Source: an uncultured Clostridia bacterium (GTDB lineage Bacteria > Bacillota > Clostridia > UBA1381). Taken from it: a DNA stretch of 64,000 bases. Positions 28,053 to 37,480 of the stretch are shown here, in pieces (within the stretch, counting starts at the first letter, position 1; each line of letters starts with the position of its first letter). Made by a program: the position numbers and the translations under genes. The stretch covers positions 2,050-66,049 of the forward strand of contig CAKSPW010000003.1 in NCBI GenBank assembly GCA_934486495.1, read 5' to 3'. The notes under the pieces were generated by a model. It did no database searches and was not told the origin of the DNA. It saw nothing but the letters and a program-made list of their open reading frames with translations.

Positions 28053-29597
28053 ATGAATATGCATAATCAAAATAAGTTGCCTCACAGAAGTGTAAAGGTC
28101 TATCTTCCGGCTAAGAATGATGTACCGTTTTTTTATGATTTTGTAGATTTGTGTGTTCATTACGGATATAATTGCATGGTGTTTGAGGTAGGCGGTGCCA
28201 TGGAATACAAAAAACATCCGGAGATTAATTCGGGGTGGGAGGAGTACTGCAAAAAGTTTATGGATTATCAGGGTCAAAGCCTTGACATTCAAAACAGTCC
28301 TTGTTGGGCACGTAATTCAATTCATATGGAAAACGGCGGTGGAAGCTATTTAACTCAGGCAGAGGTGCGTGAGCTGATAGACTATTGCCGCGAAAAAGGA
28401 ATGTCGGTAATGCCGGAGATGCCGTCTTTGTCGCACTGCGATTATCTGCTTTATAAGCACCCGGAGCTGCGTGAGAGAGAAGCGGACGATTTGCCCGACA
28501 CTTATTGCCCTTCGAATCCGAAAAGCTATGAGTTGTTTTTTGACTTGCTCGACGAGGTAATTGAGATATTTGAGCCTGAAATGATACATATCGGTCATGA
28601 CGAGCTGATGTCCGTATGCTTATGTGAAAAATGCAGGGATAAAGACCCGGCCGAACTTTTTGCACAGGATATTATCAGGATACATGACTATTTGTCGCAA
28701 AGAGGAATAAAAACCGCAATGTGGGGTGATAAGCTTCTTAATGCCATCGGCAGACAGGGACAGACGTGGGGCGGAAGCAGACGTGTTATTACAAATCAGA
28801 GAACGGGTGAGTTTTTAGAGGAAATACCGGCAACGTGGGAGGCTATTGATAAAATCCCGCGTGATATTGTTATTTATCATTGGTATTGGTCGCTTAATCA
28901 GGATTGGGAGGATGAGTTTTTAAAACGAGGTTTCCCGGTAGTTTTAGCTAATTTTGACGGTATGGCTGTCAAGGATTGGTCAGAACGCTGCGCCAAGGGT
29001 ATTATCGGCGTTAGTATATCAAATTGGAGCTTGCTTAACAGAGATCATCTTCAAAGAAATGATGTGCTGTTTAATCTTGCTTATACGGCGGAGATGATGC
29101 ACGGTGAGAATAAGGATTTTCGCACAATGGCATTGAGTGCGGCACATGATCTTTACCGATACGGAAAGAGAAAAAGCGGACGCTTGATAGAATTTGTTCA
29201 CCGAACCGAGATTATGAAGGAACACGTAATGTTTGTTGACGGATATATGATTGATAAGCAGGACGATTATTTGGGGAAATACTTAGTAGAACTCGATAAC
29301 GGCGAAACTATGGAAATTCCGTTATATTATAATCTTAATATCGGAACAAAACAGGCGGATTTTACGAGAAACGAAACGACTGACGTTGACGGGCTAAAGT
29401 GTAACGGACAGCTGTTTGAGTCTACGTACTCGTGCGATTTGGAAGATACGGAGCAGGGAGTTTTCTATCGTTATGGAGTGGAATTACCCGAATGTGTTCG
29501 TGTTGTTTCCGTTAAATTAATACAGGACAGCCGATACGGGGAGAATATACAGCTGCGTGAGGTTCTGATGCCGCAAGATAAAAAGCTTAGTAAATAA
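28053..29597 (+). CDS. GH20-like glycoside hydrolase (beta-N-acetylhexosaminidase-like), cytoplasmic
   Basis: Motifs MPEMPSLSHCDYL and IHIGHDE resemble the GH20 xPGH and HxGGDE (Asp-Glu catalytic pair) motifs. There is no signal peptide. The true start may be ATG 28059, which has better spacing to AGGAG. Confidence 0.6.
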   Translation: MNMHNQNKLPHRSVKVYLPAKNDVPFFYDFVDLCVHYGYNCMVFEVGGAMEYKKHPEINSGWEEYCKKFMDYQGQSLDIQNSPCWARNSIHMENGGGSYLTQAEVRELIDYCREKGMSVMPEMPSLSHCDYLLYKHPELREREADDLPDTYCPSNPKSYELFFDLLDEVIEIFEPEMIHIGHDELMSVCLCEKCRDKDPAELFAQDIIRIHDYLSQRGIKTAMWGDKLLNAIGRQGQTWGGSRRVITNQRTGEFLEEIPATWEAIDKIPRDIVIYHWYWSLNQDWEDEFLKRGFPVVLANFDGMAVKDWSERCAKGIIGVSISNWSLLNRDHLQRNDVLFNLAYTAEMMHGENKDFRTMALSAAHDLYRYGKRKSGRLIEFVHRTEIMKEHVMFVDGYMIDKQDDYLGKYLVELDNGETMEIPLYYNLNIGTKQADFTRNETTDVDGLKCNGQLFESTYSCDLEDTEQGVFYRYGVELPECVRVVSVKLIQDSRYGENIQLREVLMPQDKKLSK

Positions 29598-29642
29598 AAA
29601 TATCTTTATTTTGGCAAAAAGCAAATGTGTTAATAAAAAATT

Positions 29643-29686
29643 AAAGCTGAAAACCCGTTTTACTGAGTCTTCAGCTTTGATTTTTG
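29643..29686 (+). terminator. Rho-independent terminator after the GH20-like gene
   Basis: AGCTGAAAAC...GTCTTCAGCT stem followed by GATTTTT. Confidence 0.65.
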
Positions 29687-29892
29687 CTTTTGCTATGCCA
29701 TTTCGGCTGTTTTTTCTTTCAAATTACTTCCCTATCCGGTTGCGGAATTTGCCGCAGCCCTTTTTTATTTGCTCATCATATTTAAGAATTAAAATCCCGC
29801 AATTGGCAAGAGTCTTGAATAAAGCAATCCGTTAAACGGATTATGGTTCGCCTTTAAAACGGCTTTTTGGTAACAGTTTTGCGCAGCTTGCG

Positions 29893-30924
29893 TCATTTGT
29901 TCAGCGAAAGCTTAAAAAGTCTGTTTACTCCGGCAACTGCCTGCTCCGTGTTTATGAATGCGTCCGGATTAAAAAATCCGTCTGTTCCGTTCATAATTCC
30001 GTTTGCGCTTACGAACTTAACCGCATCCGCAGCCCATGAGGAAATTCTTTTTTTATCAGTAAACTTAAGCTGCTCCGTTTTGCCCGATATTCCGAGCATA
30101 TCCGCAGTCTTTTTGATTATCACGGCCGCCTGCTCACGTGTGAGAGGATCGCCCGGTGCAAACTTGTCGCTTGATACGCCGTTTACAAGTCCGAGTGCAT
30201 GAAGCATATTTACGGTATTGTTTGAACTGTCCGTATCGGTAAAATAATTAGTAAGATAAGCGATATTCTTATCTCTTAAATAATCCTCAAGCGAAGCGTA
30301 GTTGCCGCTGACAGCTATAAAATTTCCTATAAGTGAGCAGAAATCCTCACGTGAGAGCGAAATTCCGAATCGCTGACCGATTTCAAACGGCATAAGACAA
30401 TTCGATGCGGCAAATATTGCATCGTCAACCGCCCATTGCTCTGTCGGATAATTAAGATAATCCGTTGCGGTATTCACCGTAAAGTCATACTTTGCGTATT
30501 TGTTGTTGCTTGACATAAAGTTTAAATAAAGCGTGTCAAACGTTTCGTTTGTCTGTCTTGTATCGTAGCAAAGATAAGAATCATTGCCGTATTTACCGAC
30601 CTCGACGCCCGATTCGAGAAAATATGTTTTTTCTCCCTGCGCCGTATGAAGCACAATACAAACTCCGCCGAACGGATTTTTTGTAACTCTGCGTGTAAGC
30701 GCTGTATTAACTGCGGCATTATAGAACATATTGATTTGCTCATTTGAAAGCTTCATTGCAAGGTGCTTGTCAACGTCCATCATATAGCCGCCCGTTATAT
30801 CGCCTCGGTCGTAAATTTTCATGGCGTCAGCCGCACTCATCGAGCTTTCAGGAACAAATTCCGCATTTACGCAAAGCGGCATGAGCATGGCAAATATTAA
30901 TGCGCCGCATATTAGTTTTTTCAT
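29893..30924 (-). CDS. Secreted protein with two C-terminal SLH repeats
   Basis: Signal peptide MKKLICGALIFAMLMPLCVNA. SLH-like motifs: FTDTDSSNNTVNMLHALGLVNGVSSDKFAPGDPLTREQAAVII and FTDKKRISSWAADAVKFVSANGIMNG. Confidence 0.7.
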   Translation of the reverse strand: MKKLICGALIFAMLMPLCVNAEFVPESSMSAADAMKIYDRGDITGGYMMDVDKHLAMKLSNEQINMFYNAAVNTALTRRVTKNPFGGVCIVLHTAQGEKTYFLESGVEVGKYGNDSYLCYDTRQTNETFDTLYLNFMSSNNKYAKYDFTVNTATDYLNYPTEQWAVDDAIFAASNCLMPFEIGQRFGISLSREDFCSLIGNFIAVSGNYASLEDYLRDKNIAYLTNYFTDTDSSNNTVNMLHALGLVNGVSSDKFAPGDPLTREQAAVIIKKTADMLGISGKTEQLKFTDKKRISSWAADAVKFVSANGIMNGTDGFFNPDAFINTEQAVAGVNRLFKLSLNK

Positions 30925-30941
30925 TTAAATGCCTCCGAAAA

Positions 30942-32153
30942 TTATACAGTGTACGGCCAGATTACAGCCTTTGTGCCGTTGGGGAAGCTGATATAGAATT
31001 CATATTTTGACGGGTCTTGTTCGTCTACATAATAGTCAAGCACCGTAAAGCCTGCAATATCGTCTGAATATATCACGTCATTGTCAACGACATCCGATAC
31101 GTAATGACCTTTTTTGTATTCCTTGGTTTCCTTGTATGAAAGCGGCATATTATCCTGATAAATACGCTTGTACGTCTTGTTTACAACGTTATCGGGCTTC
31201 CAAAGGTATCTTGTAAGACCGCCGTCCTCAAGTGAGTATACACCTGTGCAAATCATATCGTTTAAGAAGCAAAGTCCGTCCTCGTCGGATATTACGTTTT
31301 CGCATCCGTCGGTAAAGAGTTTTGAACGGAAATATACCATTCCGTCATTGGTGTTGTTTGCTTTTATCTGGAAAAGGTCCGAACCGTTAAATCTGTAAAA
31401 GCCGACGCATTTACCGTCCTGAGTGTTATAGAATACGGCAAGCTCTTTGTACTTGTCCTTTGCGTCTATATCCACAACTCCGATTGCATATGCGTCCAAG
31501 TCGCCGTTTAGCACGCTTGTAAACTCTGCACCCTTAACCCAAATGGCTGCTTTTGAACGGCTTCCGTCTTCTTTTACAGATGCCGGGATAAATCCGAGAG
31601 TGTCGTTTTCGCCGTCGCTGTCAAGATCAAAGTATGCAAGGTCGTTTACTCTGCCCTCTATTACGATTCCTGCCTCACTGATAGGCAAAAATCCTGTTTT
31701 CCATTGGCTGTTTGCGCGATATGCTTTGTTATGCGTGTTAATCAGCACCGAATTTCTTGTTGAGTTCCATGTAACCGAAAAGTCCATAGCCTCGGCAATT
31801 GCTCTTACGGGTATCGAAAGTCTGTCGTTTAACATACACGCCGGAACGTCAAGAGCAACAGGTGCGCCGTTTTTCATAAGATAAGCTTCACCGAGCTTTA
31901 CCGATACGCTGTAATCGCCCTTTTCCAAAAGAGCGGTTTGCGTTTCACTGTCCCAAGTAACCGTTGCGCCCGCTTTTTCAAACACGGCACGGACGGGAAC
32001 CATTGTTCTTCCGCCGAGAATTTCCGGTGCCTGGTCTGAAAACGTGACGTCGGAATTATCAACATAAACCTTGATGTTGCCGCTTGCATATGCCGCAGAT
32101 GTGCAAAATGCCGTAACTGCCATTGCTGTTAGAATTATTTTTTTAATACTCAT
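30942..32153 (-). CDS. Secreted copper-amine-oxidase N-terminal (stalk) domain protein
   Basis: Signal peptide, then RTMVPVRAVFEKAGATVTWDSETQTALL and RLSIPVRAIAEAMDFSVTWNSTRNSVLI, the typical Cu_amine_oxidN1 repeats. The C-terminal 260 aa are unassigned. Confidence 0.7.
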   Translation of the reverse strand: MSIKKIILTAMAVTAFCTSAAYASGNIKVYVDNSDVTFSDQAPEILGGRTMVPVRAVFEKAGATVTWDSETQTALLEKGDYSVSVKLGEAYLMKNGAPVALDVPACMLNDRLSIPVRAIAEAMDFSVTWNSTRNSVLINTHNKAYRANSQWKTGFLPISEAGIVIEGRVNDLAYFDLDSDGENDTLGFIPASVKEDGSRSKAAIWVKGAEFTSVLNGDLDAYAIGVVDIDAKDKYKELAVFYNTQDGKCVGFYRFNGSDLFQIKANNTNDGMVYFRSKLFTDGCENVISDEDGLCFLNDMICTGVYSLEDGGLTRYLWKPDNVVNKTYKRIYQDNMPLSYKETKEYKKGHYVSDVVDNDVIYSDDIAGFTVLDYYVDEQDPSKYEFYISFPNGTKAVIWPYTV

Positions 32154-32172
32154 TATATATTCTCCTTTTTAT

Positions 32173-34521
32173 TTAATCCTCTGTCAACTCGGGTACGGTT
32201 TGAGGTGTGTCGCCCTCTGCCTTAACGGGAGTTGTTTCCTTAGGCTGTGTGCGTTCGGGTTCCTCCGTTTCGGCGGACTTTTCGGGTGACTCCGTCTTTT
32301 TTGGTGTTTGTGTTGTCTTAGGCGATGCTTTTTCTTCGTTTTCTTTATCTGACTTTGAAGAAGAACTGCCGCTGTGACCGGTACACGTTTTTTTCGGCGA
32401 TTTGCCGCTTACAAAATATGCGGTTTCGGTTTGACAGCTTTTTCTCGGTAAAAGACCGGTAACCGAGCAAACCTTAACCTCGTCAACGTTTGACGGCTTT
32501 TCAAATTCTTTATCCGAAAGACCATCATGAACGCTTTGCATAACCTTTTTCCATGCCGCAACCGACGGATTTGACCCGCCGACTGATTTCGGGGTGTCAT
32601 ATCCGTACCATACCGCACCGACATAATACGGCGTAAATCCGACAAACCATTTATCCTTGTTGTCGTTTGTTGTTCCTGTTTTTCCGAACGTTGTAATGCC
32701 GGAGAGTTTGGCACTTCTTGCCGTTCCGTAGCCGCTGTTTACAGGCTCTTTTAATAAGTCTGTCATGATATATGCTGTTGATGCTTTGAGCGACTGCGTT
32801 GATGAGCGTGTGTTTTCAAGTATTACGTTGCCGGATGAGTCTACCACCTTTGTGTATGTTATGGGCTTGTTATACTTGCCGCCGTTTACGAAAATGCAGT
32901 ATGCCGCCGTCATTTCCTTAACTGATATACCCTTTGTAAGACCACCGAGTGCAAGTGAGCTGTAGTTCTTATCCGCCGATGTAAGCGTTGAAATTTTAAA
33001 ATTATTTTCAAGGTAAGAATATGACTTGTTAATTCCAATCATATCGAGTACCTTAACCGCAGGAATATTCGACGATCTGCCGACAGCCTCTCTAACCGTC
33101 ATGTTTCCTTTAAACCCTTTGTAAGCGTTGTTAGGCTCCCAGTTGTCGTTTCCTATCGTGATTTTTTCATCCTTAACTACGGTTGTTTCATCAATTGCTT
33201 CAAGCTCGATTGCCGGAGCGTAAACCGACATCGGCTTTATTGCGGATCCGGGCTGAAGCTTTGACTGTGTTGCACGGTTTAAACCTCTTATCTCGGTTTT
33301 TTGACCCATGCCGCCGACAATTCCTTTTATTTCGCCGTTATACGGATCCATAATTACCATAGCCGACTGTGCCGAGCTGCTTGGGAAATTAGAAGTGTTT
33401 TCAAAAACCTTCTCCATTTTGCCTTGAATGTCGGGGTCGATTGTGGAGTATATTTTTATTCCGCCGTTTGTCAGCTGCTGCTGTGCAAAATCCGCAGAAT
33501 ATCCTTTAATGTTTTGTAAATCTGCAATAACATCGTTCATAACCTGATCGGAGAAATACGATGTCATTTCATTTTTAATACGGTTTTTCTTTGCAACAAC
33601 CTTGAGTGCCGAATTGCTTGCGCTGTCGTATTCGTCCTGATTTATCATTCCGAGTTCGAGCATTTTCCCGAGCACTCTGTTTCTTTTTTCGATGTTGTTG
33701 TCGGGGTGTGCATACGGGTCATATTTTGCAGGCGTTTGCGTAATGCCCACAATTGATGCCGCTTCCTCAAGAGACAGCTCGTTTGCCGACTTGTTAAAAT
33801 ACATATTTGAAGCCGCTTCAACGCCCCAGCAATTGTTTGCAAAGAAAACAATATTTAAGTACATTGTCAGAATTTCATCCTTGGAGAGTTGCTTTTCAAG
33901 CGCAACCGCTCTCATCATTTCCTTAACTTTTCTGACGGGACTTCTTTTATCTTCCTTTGTTATGTTTTTTATAACCTGCTGAGTGATTGTACTTCCGCCG
34001 TATGACGAGTCGCCGATACCTATTTTGCTCAGCGCATATTTAACCGTTGCGCCAACCGTTCTTTTAAGGTCAACGCCGTGGTGTTTCATAAATCGCTGGT
34101 CTTCTATGGCAATTGCTGCCATTTTAAGATTATCACCGATTTCGCTGCTTGATATCCATTTCCTGTTTACGGTCGATTTTATTTTTTCAAGCTCATGCGC
34201 CGTACCGTTTGAATCGTAGTACATAATAAACGATTCGTTGTTGAGTGCAAGGTCGCTTATGTTCATATCGCTGATTTCGGTTGAAACCGCGGTATACATT
34301 CCTATTCCCATGCCTGTCCCGACAATTACGCATATAATTGCGGCAACGATTATGAAAGCGCCCACGCCTCTGAAAAAGCTGTTTCTTTTCTCTTTCTTCT
34401 CTTTTTTTCTCAGACGCTTTTCTATCCGCGCAGATGTGTTCTTTCGTGCGCGATTTCTGTGCAGCGGTTCGTCCTGCGGAACATAGCTGTATTTATTTTC
34501 ATCATCATCGCGATAATTCAA
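32173..34521 (-). CDS. Class A penicillin-binding protein (glycosyltransferase + transpeptidase)
   Basis: GT51 motifs EDQRFMKHHGVD, GGSTITQQ and RKVKE. Transpeptidase motifs SAIKP (SxxK), SSN and KTGTT. It has a K/E/T/P-rich tail and an apparent TTG start 8 nt after GGAGG. Confidence 0.9.
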   Translation of the reverse strand: MNYRDDDENKYSYVPQDEPLHRNRARKNTSARIEKRLRKKEKKEKRNSFFRGVGAFIIVAAIICVIVGTGMGIGMYTAVSTEISDMNISDLALNNESFIMYYDSNGTAHELEKIKSTVNRKWISSSEIGDNLKMAAIAIEDQRFMKHHGVDLKRTVGATVKYALSKIGIGDSSYGGSTITQQVIKNITKEDKRSPVRKVKEMMRAVALEKQLSKDEILTMYLNIVFFANNCWGVEAASNMYFNKSANELSLEEAASIVGITQTPAKYDPYAHPDNNIEKRNRVLGKMLELGMINQDEYDSASNSALKVVAKKNRIKNEMTSYFSDQVMNDVIADLQNIKGYSADFAQQQLTNGGIKIYSTIDPDIQGKMEKVFENTSNFPSSSAQSAMVIMDPYNGEIKGIVGGMGQKTEIRGLNRATQSKLQPGSAIKPMSVYAPAIELEAIDETTVVKDEKITIGNDNWEPNNAYKGFKGNMTVREAVGRSSNIPAVKVLDMIGINKSYSYLENNFKISTLTSADKNYSSLALGGLTKGISVKEMTAAYCIFVNGGKYNKPITYTKVVDSSGNVILENTRSSTQSLKASTAYIMTDLLKEPVNSGYGTARSAKLSGITTFGKTGTTNDNKDKWFVGFTPYYVGAVWYGYDTPKSVGGSNPSVAAWKKVMQSVHDGLSDKEFEKPSNVDEVKVCSVTGLLPRKSCQTETAYFVSGKSPKKTCTGHSGSSSSKSDKENEEKASPKTTQTPKKTESPEKSAETEEPERTQPKETTPVKAEGDTPQTVPELTED

Positions 34522-34806
34522 TATATATACCTCCTTTAAAAGATATACTCATCTACAATATATTATATAAGATAATTTACTTTTTTTCAAGTCTTTTTTT
34601 AAAAATTTAATAAATTGCGCCTATTTCTTTTAAATTTGAGATAAAATATATAATAAAATGAATAAGTTCATGGCTTTTTAAATATATTTTTGTGAATTTG
34701 ACCGAAATCCCGAACAAAAGGCAGGGTCGATGCGTAGCTGTATCAAGTCAAAATTCTTTACGTATAGGGTATAAATATTACCGATGGTATGATATAATAT
34801 ATATGT

Positions 34807-35131
34807 GAGTAATTCAGACGATTGCGGGCGCATAATGCGCGTGAGGAAAGTCCGGGCTCCAAAGAGCAAGGGTGCCGGCTAACGGCCGGTGAAAGCGATT
34901 TCAAGGATAGTGCAACAGAGAATGAATGCCCGTTTTTCGGGCGATTGTGGAAATGTGCGGTAAGAGCGCACAGGGATGATGGCAACTGAATTCCCGTGTA
35001 AACCCCACCCGGAGCAACCCGAGGGAGTAAAAAGCCTGCTCGGCAATCCCGACAAGGGGCTAAAGAACTGCGGTAACGCAGCTCGTAGATAGATAATCGT
35101 CTAATACAGAACCCGGCTTACAGAATTGCTC
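34807..35131 (+). ncRNA. rnpB: RNase P RNA (bacterial, type A-like)
   Basis: Conserved GAGGAAAGTCCGGGCTCC and ACAGAACCCGGCTTA, with P1 pairing GAGTAATTC/GAATTGCTC. The ends are approximate. Confidence 0.9.
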
Positions 35132-35208
35132 ATTTATTTGTTTAAACAGGGGATATAAAAAAGCTCCGAAATTCGGAGTGAGAATATTTTTATACCCTCG
35201 AATGAGTG

Positions 35209-35247
35209 AAGGCTGTTAAAAAAGTCAATTGACTTTTTAACAGCCTT
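35209..35247 (+). terminator. Palindromic hairpin AAGGCTGTTAAAAAAGTC-AATT-GACTTTTTAACAGCCTT followed by TTT
   Basis: Seen in sequence downstream of rnpB. Same arm family as 27997 and 40927. Confidence 0.6.
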
Positions 35248-35332
35248 TTAATATCGGTTGAATTTCGTGTGTAGTTTAAGGAATTGAACATATACGGGAT
35301 GTAAAGCCTTAATTCGGTAAATAACATTATCC

Positions 35333-35704
35333 TTAAACGTTCTGCGCTAAATCCGACTTGATTTTTTCTATTATGAGTGTTGCTTCTCCCGTACAGTGTA
35401 TTGTAAGCTCCGCTTTATCCGCACCGCTTGGGGCAATAAAATTAAAGCAATACTCCGAAAGCTTTTCCGAGGTTATTTCATACCTAAACGGATTAGACTG
35501 CGGCATAATTTCGTCATTACAGTAAAACGTCACTCCCGCAAAGCACTTGCCGAGAGTGCCTTCTTTTCTGCATTCGGTTACAAGGCATAACACATCACCT
35601 TGCGAGAAATCCCTCAGCGTAAAGGTTAGTCTTGAAACGGGACTTTCTTTTTTATCACCTGATAAAACGACTCTTTCCGAGCCGGGACAACATTTATGCT
35701 CCAT
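35333..35704 (-). CDS. Hypothetical protein, 123 aa
   Basis: Strong RBS GGAGG 7 nt upstream, and it immediately follows the DUF2461 gene. No family recognised. Confidence 0.55.
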   Translation of the reverse strand: MEHKCCPGSERVVLSGDKKESPVSRLTFTLRDFSQGDVLCLVTECRKEGTLGKCFAGVTFYCNDEIMPQSNPFRYEITSEKLSEYCFNFIAPSGADKAELTIHCTGEATLIIEKIKSDLAQNV

Positions 35705-35715
35705 TTTTTCCTCCT

Positions 35716-36390
35716 TTAGCTACCGAGCTGCGCCGCTTTCAGCAGAAAGTTGTAAACGGGCGCAATGGTTTTGAAATCTTTAATTATTTTTGATGCAAGC
35801 TTATCCGAAAAGAACACGTCAAAGTCATGGCTTTCGGCAAGCACGCATATTTCTCTCTGATCGAGCCAATTTCTGCGTTTTTCCGATTCGCTTGGGAATT
35901 TGCTTCTCTTATATTTGGAATCCTCAAGCGAGAATTTACGGCTTTTTTCTATAACACTGTTTGCGTTTTCGAAAATCGGGCCTCCCGACAGCACAAGGCT
36001 TCGCACATTGTCCATAGCCTCCCCTGTCATGCAGTAATATCCGCAGCCGTATCTTATGCGTCTCGGAGAAAATTCGTAAAAAAACGACGGAACGGCGTCA
36101 TAGAGTTTTTTATCACGTGAAAAATGACACCACATCACATCCCGAAATATCGACTTGTCTTTTGAATAGCGTGTATCACGAAATATTCTCGATATAGATT
36201 TGTTGACCTTTGGTGCACATATTATTTGCGGGTCTATGGAATAGAGCGCCGGCGCCAGCTCATCAACAAGTTCACGCATCGGCTTTAATACATTTTCCTC
36301 GTATTCATCCCTGTGCTCGGAAAACCATACTTTGTCGTTATGCAGCTTGTTCATAAAAAGAAAATCAAGCGTTTTTGCTGAAAATGCCAT
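35716..36390 (-). CDS. DUF2461 (TIGR02453) family protein
   Basis: Motif SRIFRDTRYSKDKS. The start is at Met6 (ATG 36390) behind GGGAG. Confidence 0.7.
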   Translation of the reverse strand: MAFSAKTLDFLFMNKLHNDKVWFSEHRDEYEENVLKPMRELVDELAPALYSIDPQIICAPKVNKSISRIFRDTRYSKDKSIFRDVMWCHFSRDKKLYDAVPSFFYEFSPRRIRYGCGYYCMTGEAMDNVRSLVLSGGPIFENANSVIEKSRKFSLEDSKYKRSKFPSESEKRRNWLDQREICVLAESHDFDVFFSDKLASKIIKDFKTIAPVYNFLLKAAQLGS

Positions 36391-36436
36391 ATAAATCACT
36401 CCCAAAAATTATTGCGGCGTACAATGCCTAAAAAAA

Positions 36437-37480
36437 TCAGTGCTTTCCTATATCAATAGAGCGCATTATTTCACGCTTTGCGGCGGAGTTGTACTGTGCG
36501 TAGAATTTGTGCGTCACTTCTATGTTTTTGTGACCCATAAGCTCCGCAACCATTTTTATATCCACACCGTCCTCCAAAAGCCTGCACGCAAATGTCCTTC
36601 TAAGTGCGTGCGGACGTGCTTTGTCGGAGTCGGTTATTCCGGCGGCAAGACAATATTTTTTCAGCATTTTTTCAACGCTCGACACTGTCATTCGCTTGCC
36701 TTGTCGGCTTATAAACAGCGCATCTTTATCCTTTGCGTCTTCTTCACATCGGATTTTAAGATATTCGCCCAGCTCATTTTCAACCTGAACGGGCATATAA
36801 ATCTCTTGCTCGTCACCGCCCTTTCTCGTTACGATAAACGATGAGGTGTCAAAGCATACATCCTTTATATCAAGGTTTACAAGCTCGCTTACACGTATAC
36901 CTGTACCTAAATATGTTATAAGTATCGCAATATCACGCTGCTTAGTGCGCAGATATTCCGTTAAATACCTGCCGGTAAATGTGTTTTCGCCGTTGTAGAG
37001 TATATCCAAAAGCCTTACCGTCTCCTGTGTAGTGAGCGGTTTTTTTATTTTTTGATGAAGCTTGTTCATATCAACCTTGTCCGTAATATTCTCGGGGATT
37101 TTATCGGTTTTGTAAAGGTACGAAAAAAGACCTCTTACGGAGGATAGCTTTCTGTTTATTCCGTAGTTTGAATTTTTGCGTATGCGGCGGATTATTTTAC
37201 CGTCTGCCGACACGTATTCCGATTCGTATTCCCGCAGGTATGCTTTAAACCGAATTATATCCTCTGCCGTAACCTTTGCTATATCTTCGCAGGTGAATTC
37301 CTCGGGGGAGGCTTTGTCCTTAAACTTAAACTTCATGAGATATTCTAAAAATATCCGAAGGTCGATGCTGTAACCTATTTGTGTATTTATGCTTTCGCCG
37401 CTGTAGTATATTTCGATATAATCAAAAACAAAATCGGGAAGATTTGATAAAAAATCGTGAAGATAAGAGTTTTTATTCAT
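36437..37480 (-). CDS. Tyrosine recombinase (XerC/XerD-like, phage-integrase family)
   Basis: C-terminal catalytic region HALRRTFACRLLEDGVDIKMVAELMGHKNIEVTHKFY (R..H-x-x-R..H..Y) and an N-terminal SAM-like domain. Confidence 0.85.
   Translation of the reverse strand: MNKNSYLHDFLSNLPDFVFDYIEIYYSGESINTQIGYSIDLRIFLEYLMKFKFKDKASPEEFTCEDIAKVTAEDIIRFKAYLREYESEYVSADGKIIRRIRKNSNYGINRKLSSVRGLFSYLYKTDKIPENITDKVDMNKLHQKIKKPLTTQETVRLLDILYNGENTFTGRYLTEYLRTKQRDIAILITYLGTGIRVSELVNLDIKDVCFDTSSFIVTRKGGDEQEIYMPVQVENELGEYLKIRCEEDAKDKDALFISRQGKRMTVSSVEKMLKKYCLAAGITDSDKARPHALRRTFACRLLEDGVDIKMVAELMGHKNIEVTHKFYAQYNSAAKREIMRSIDIGKH

Noticed and set aside
34678-34985. 63-aa and 75-aa minus-strand ORFs
   Set aside because: They overlap the RNase P RNA gene on the opposite strand. 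The region is explained by rnpB.
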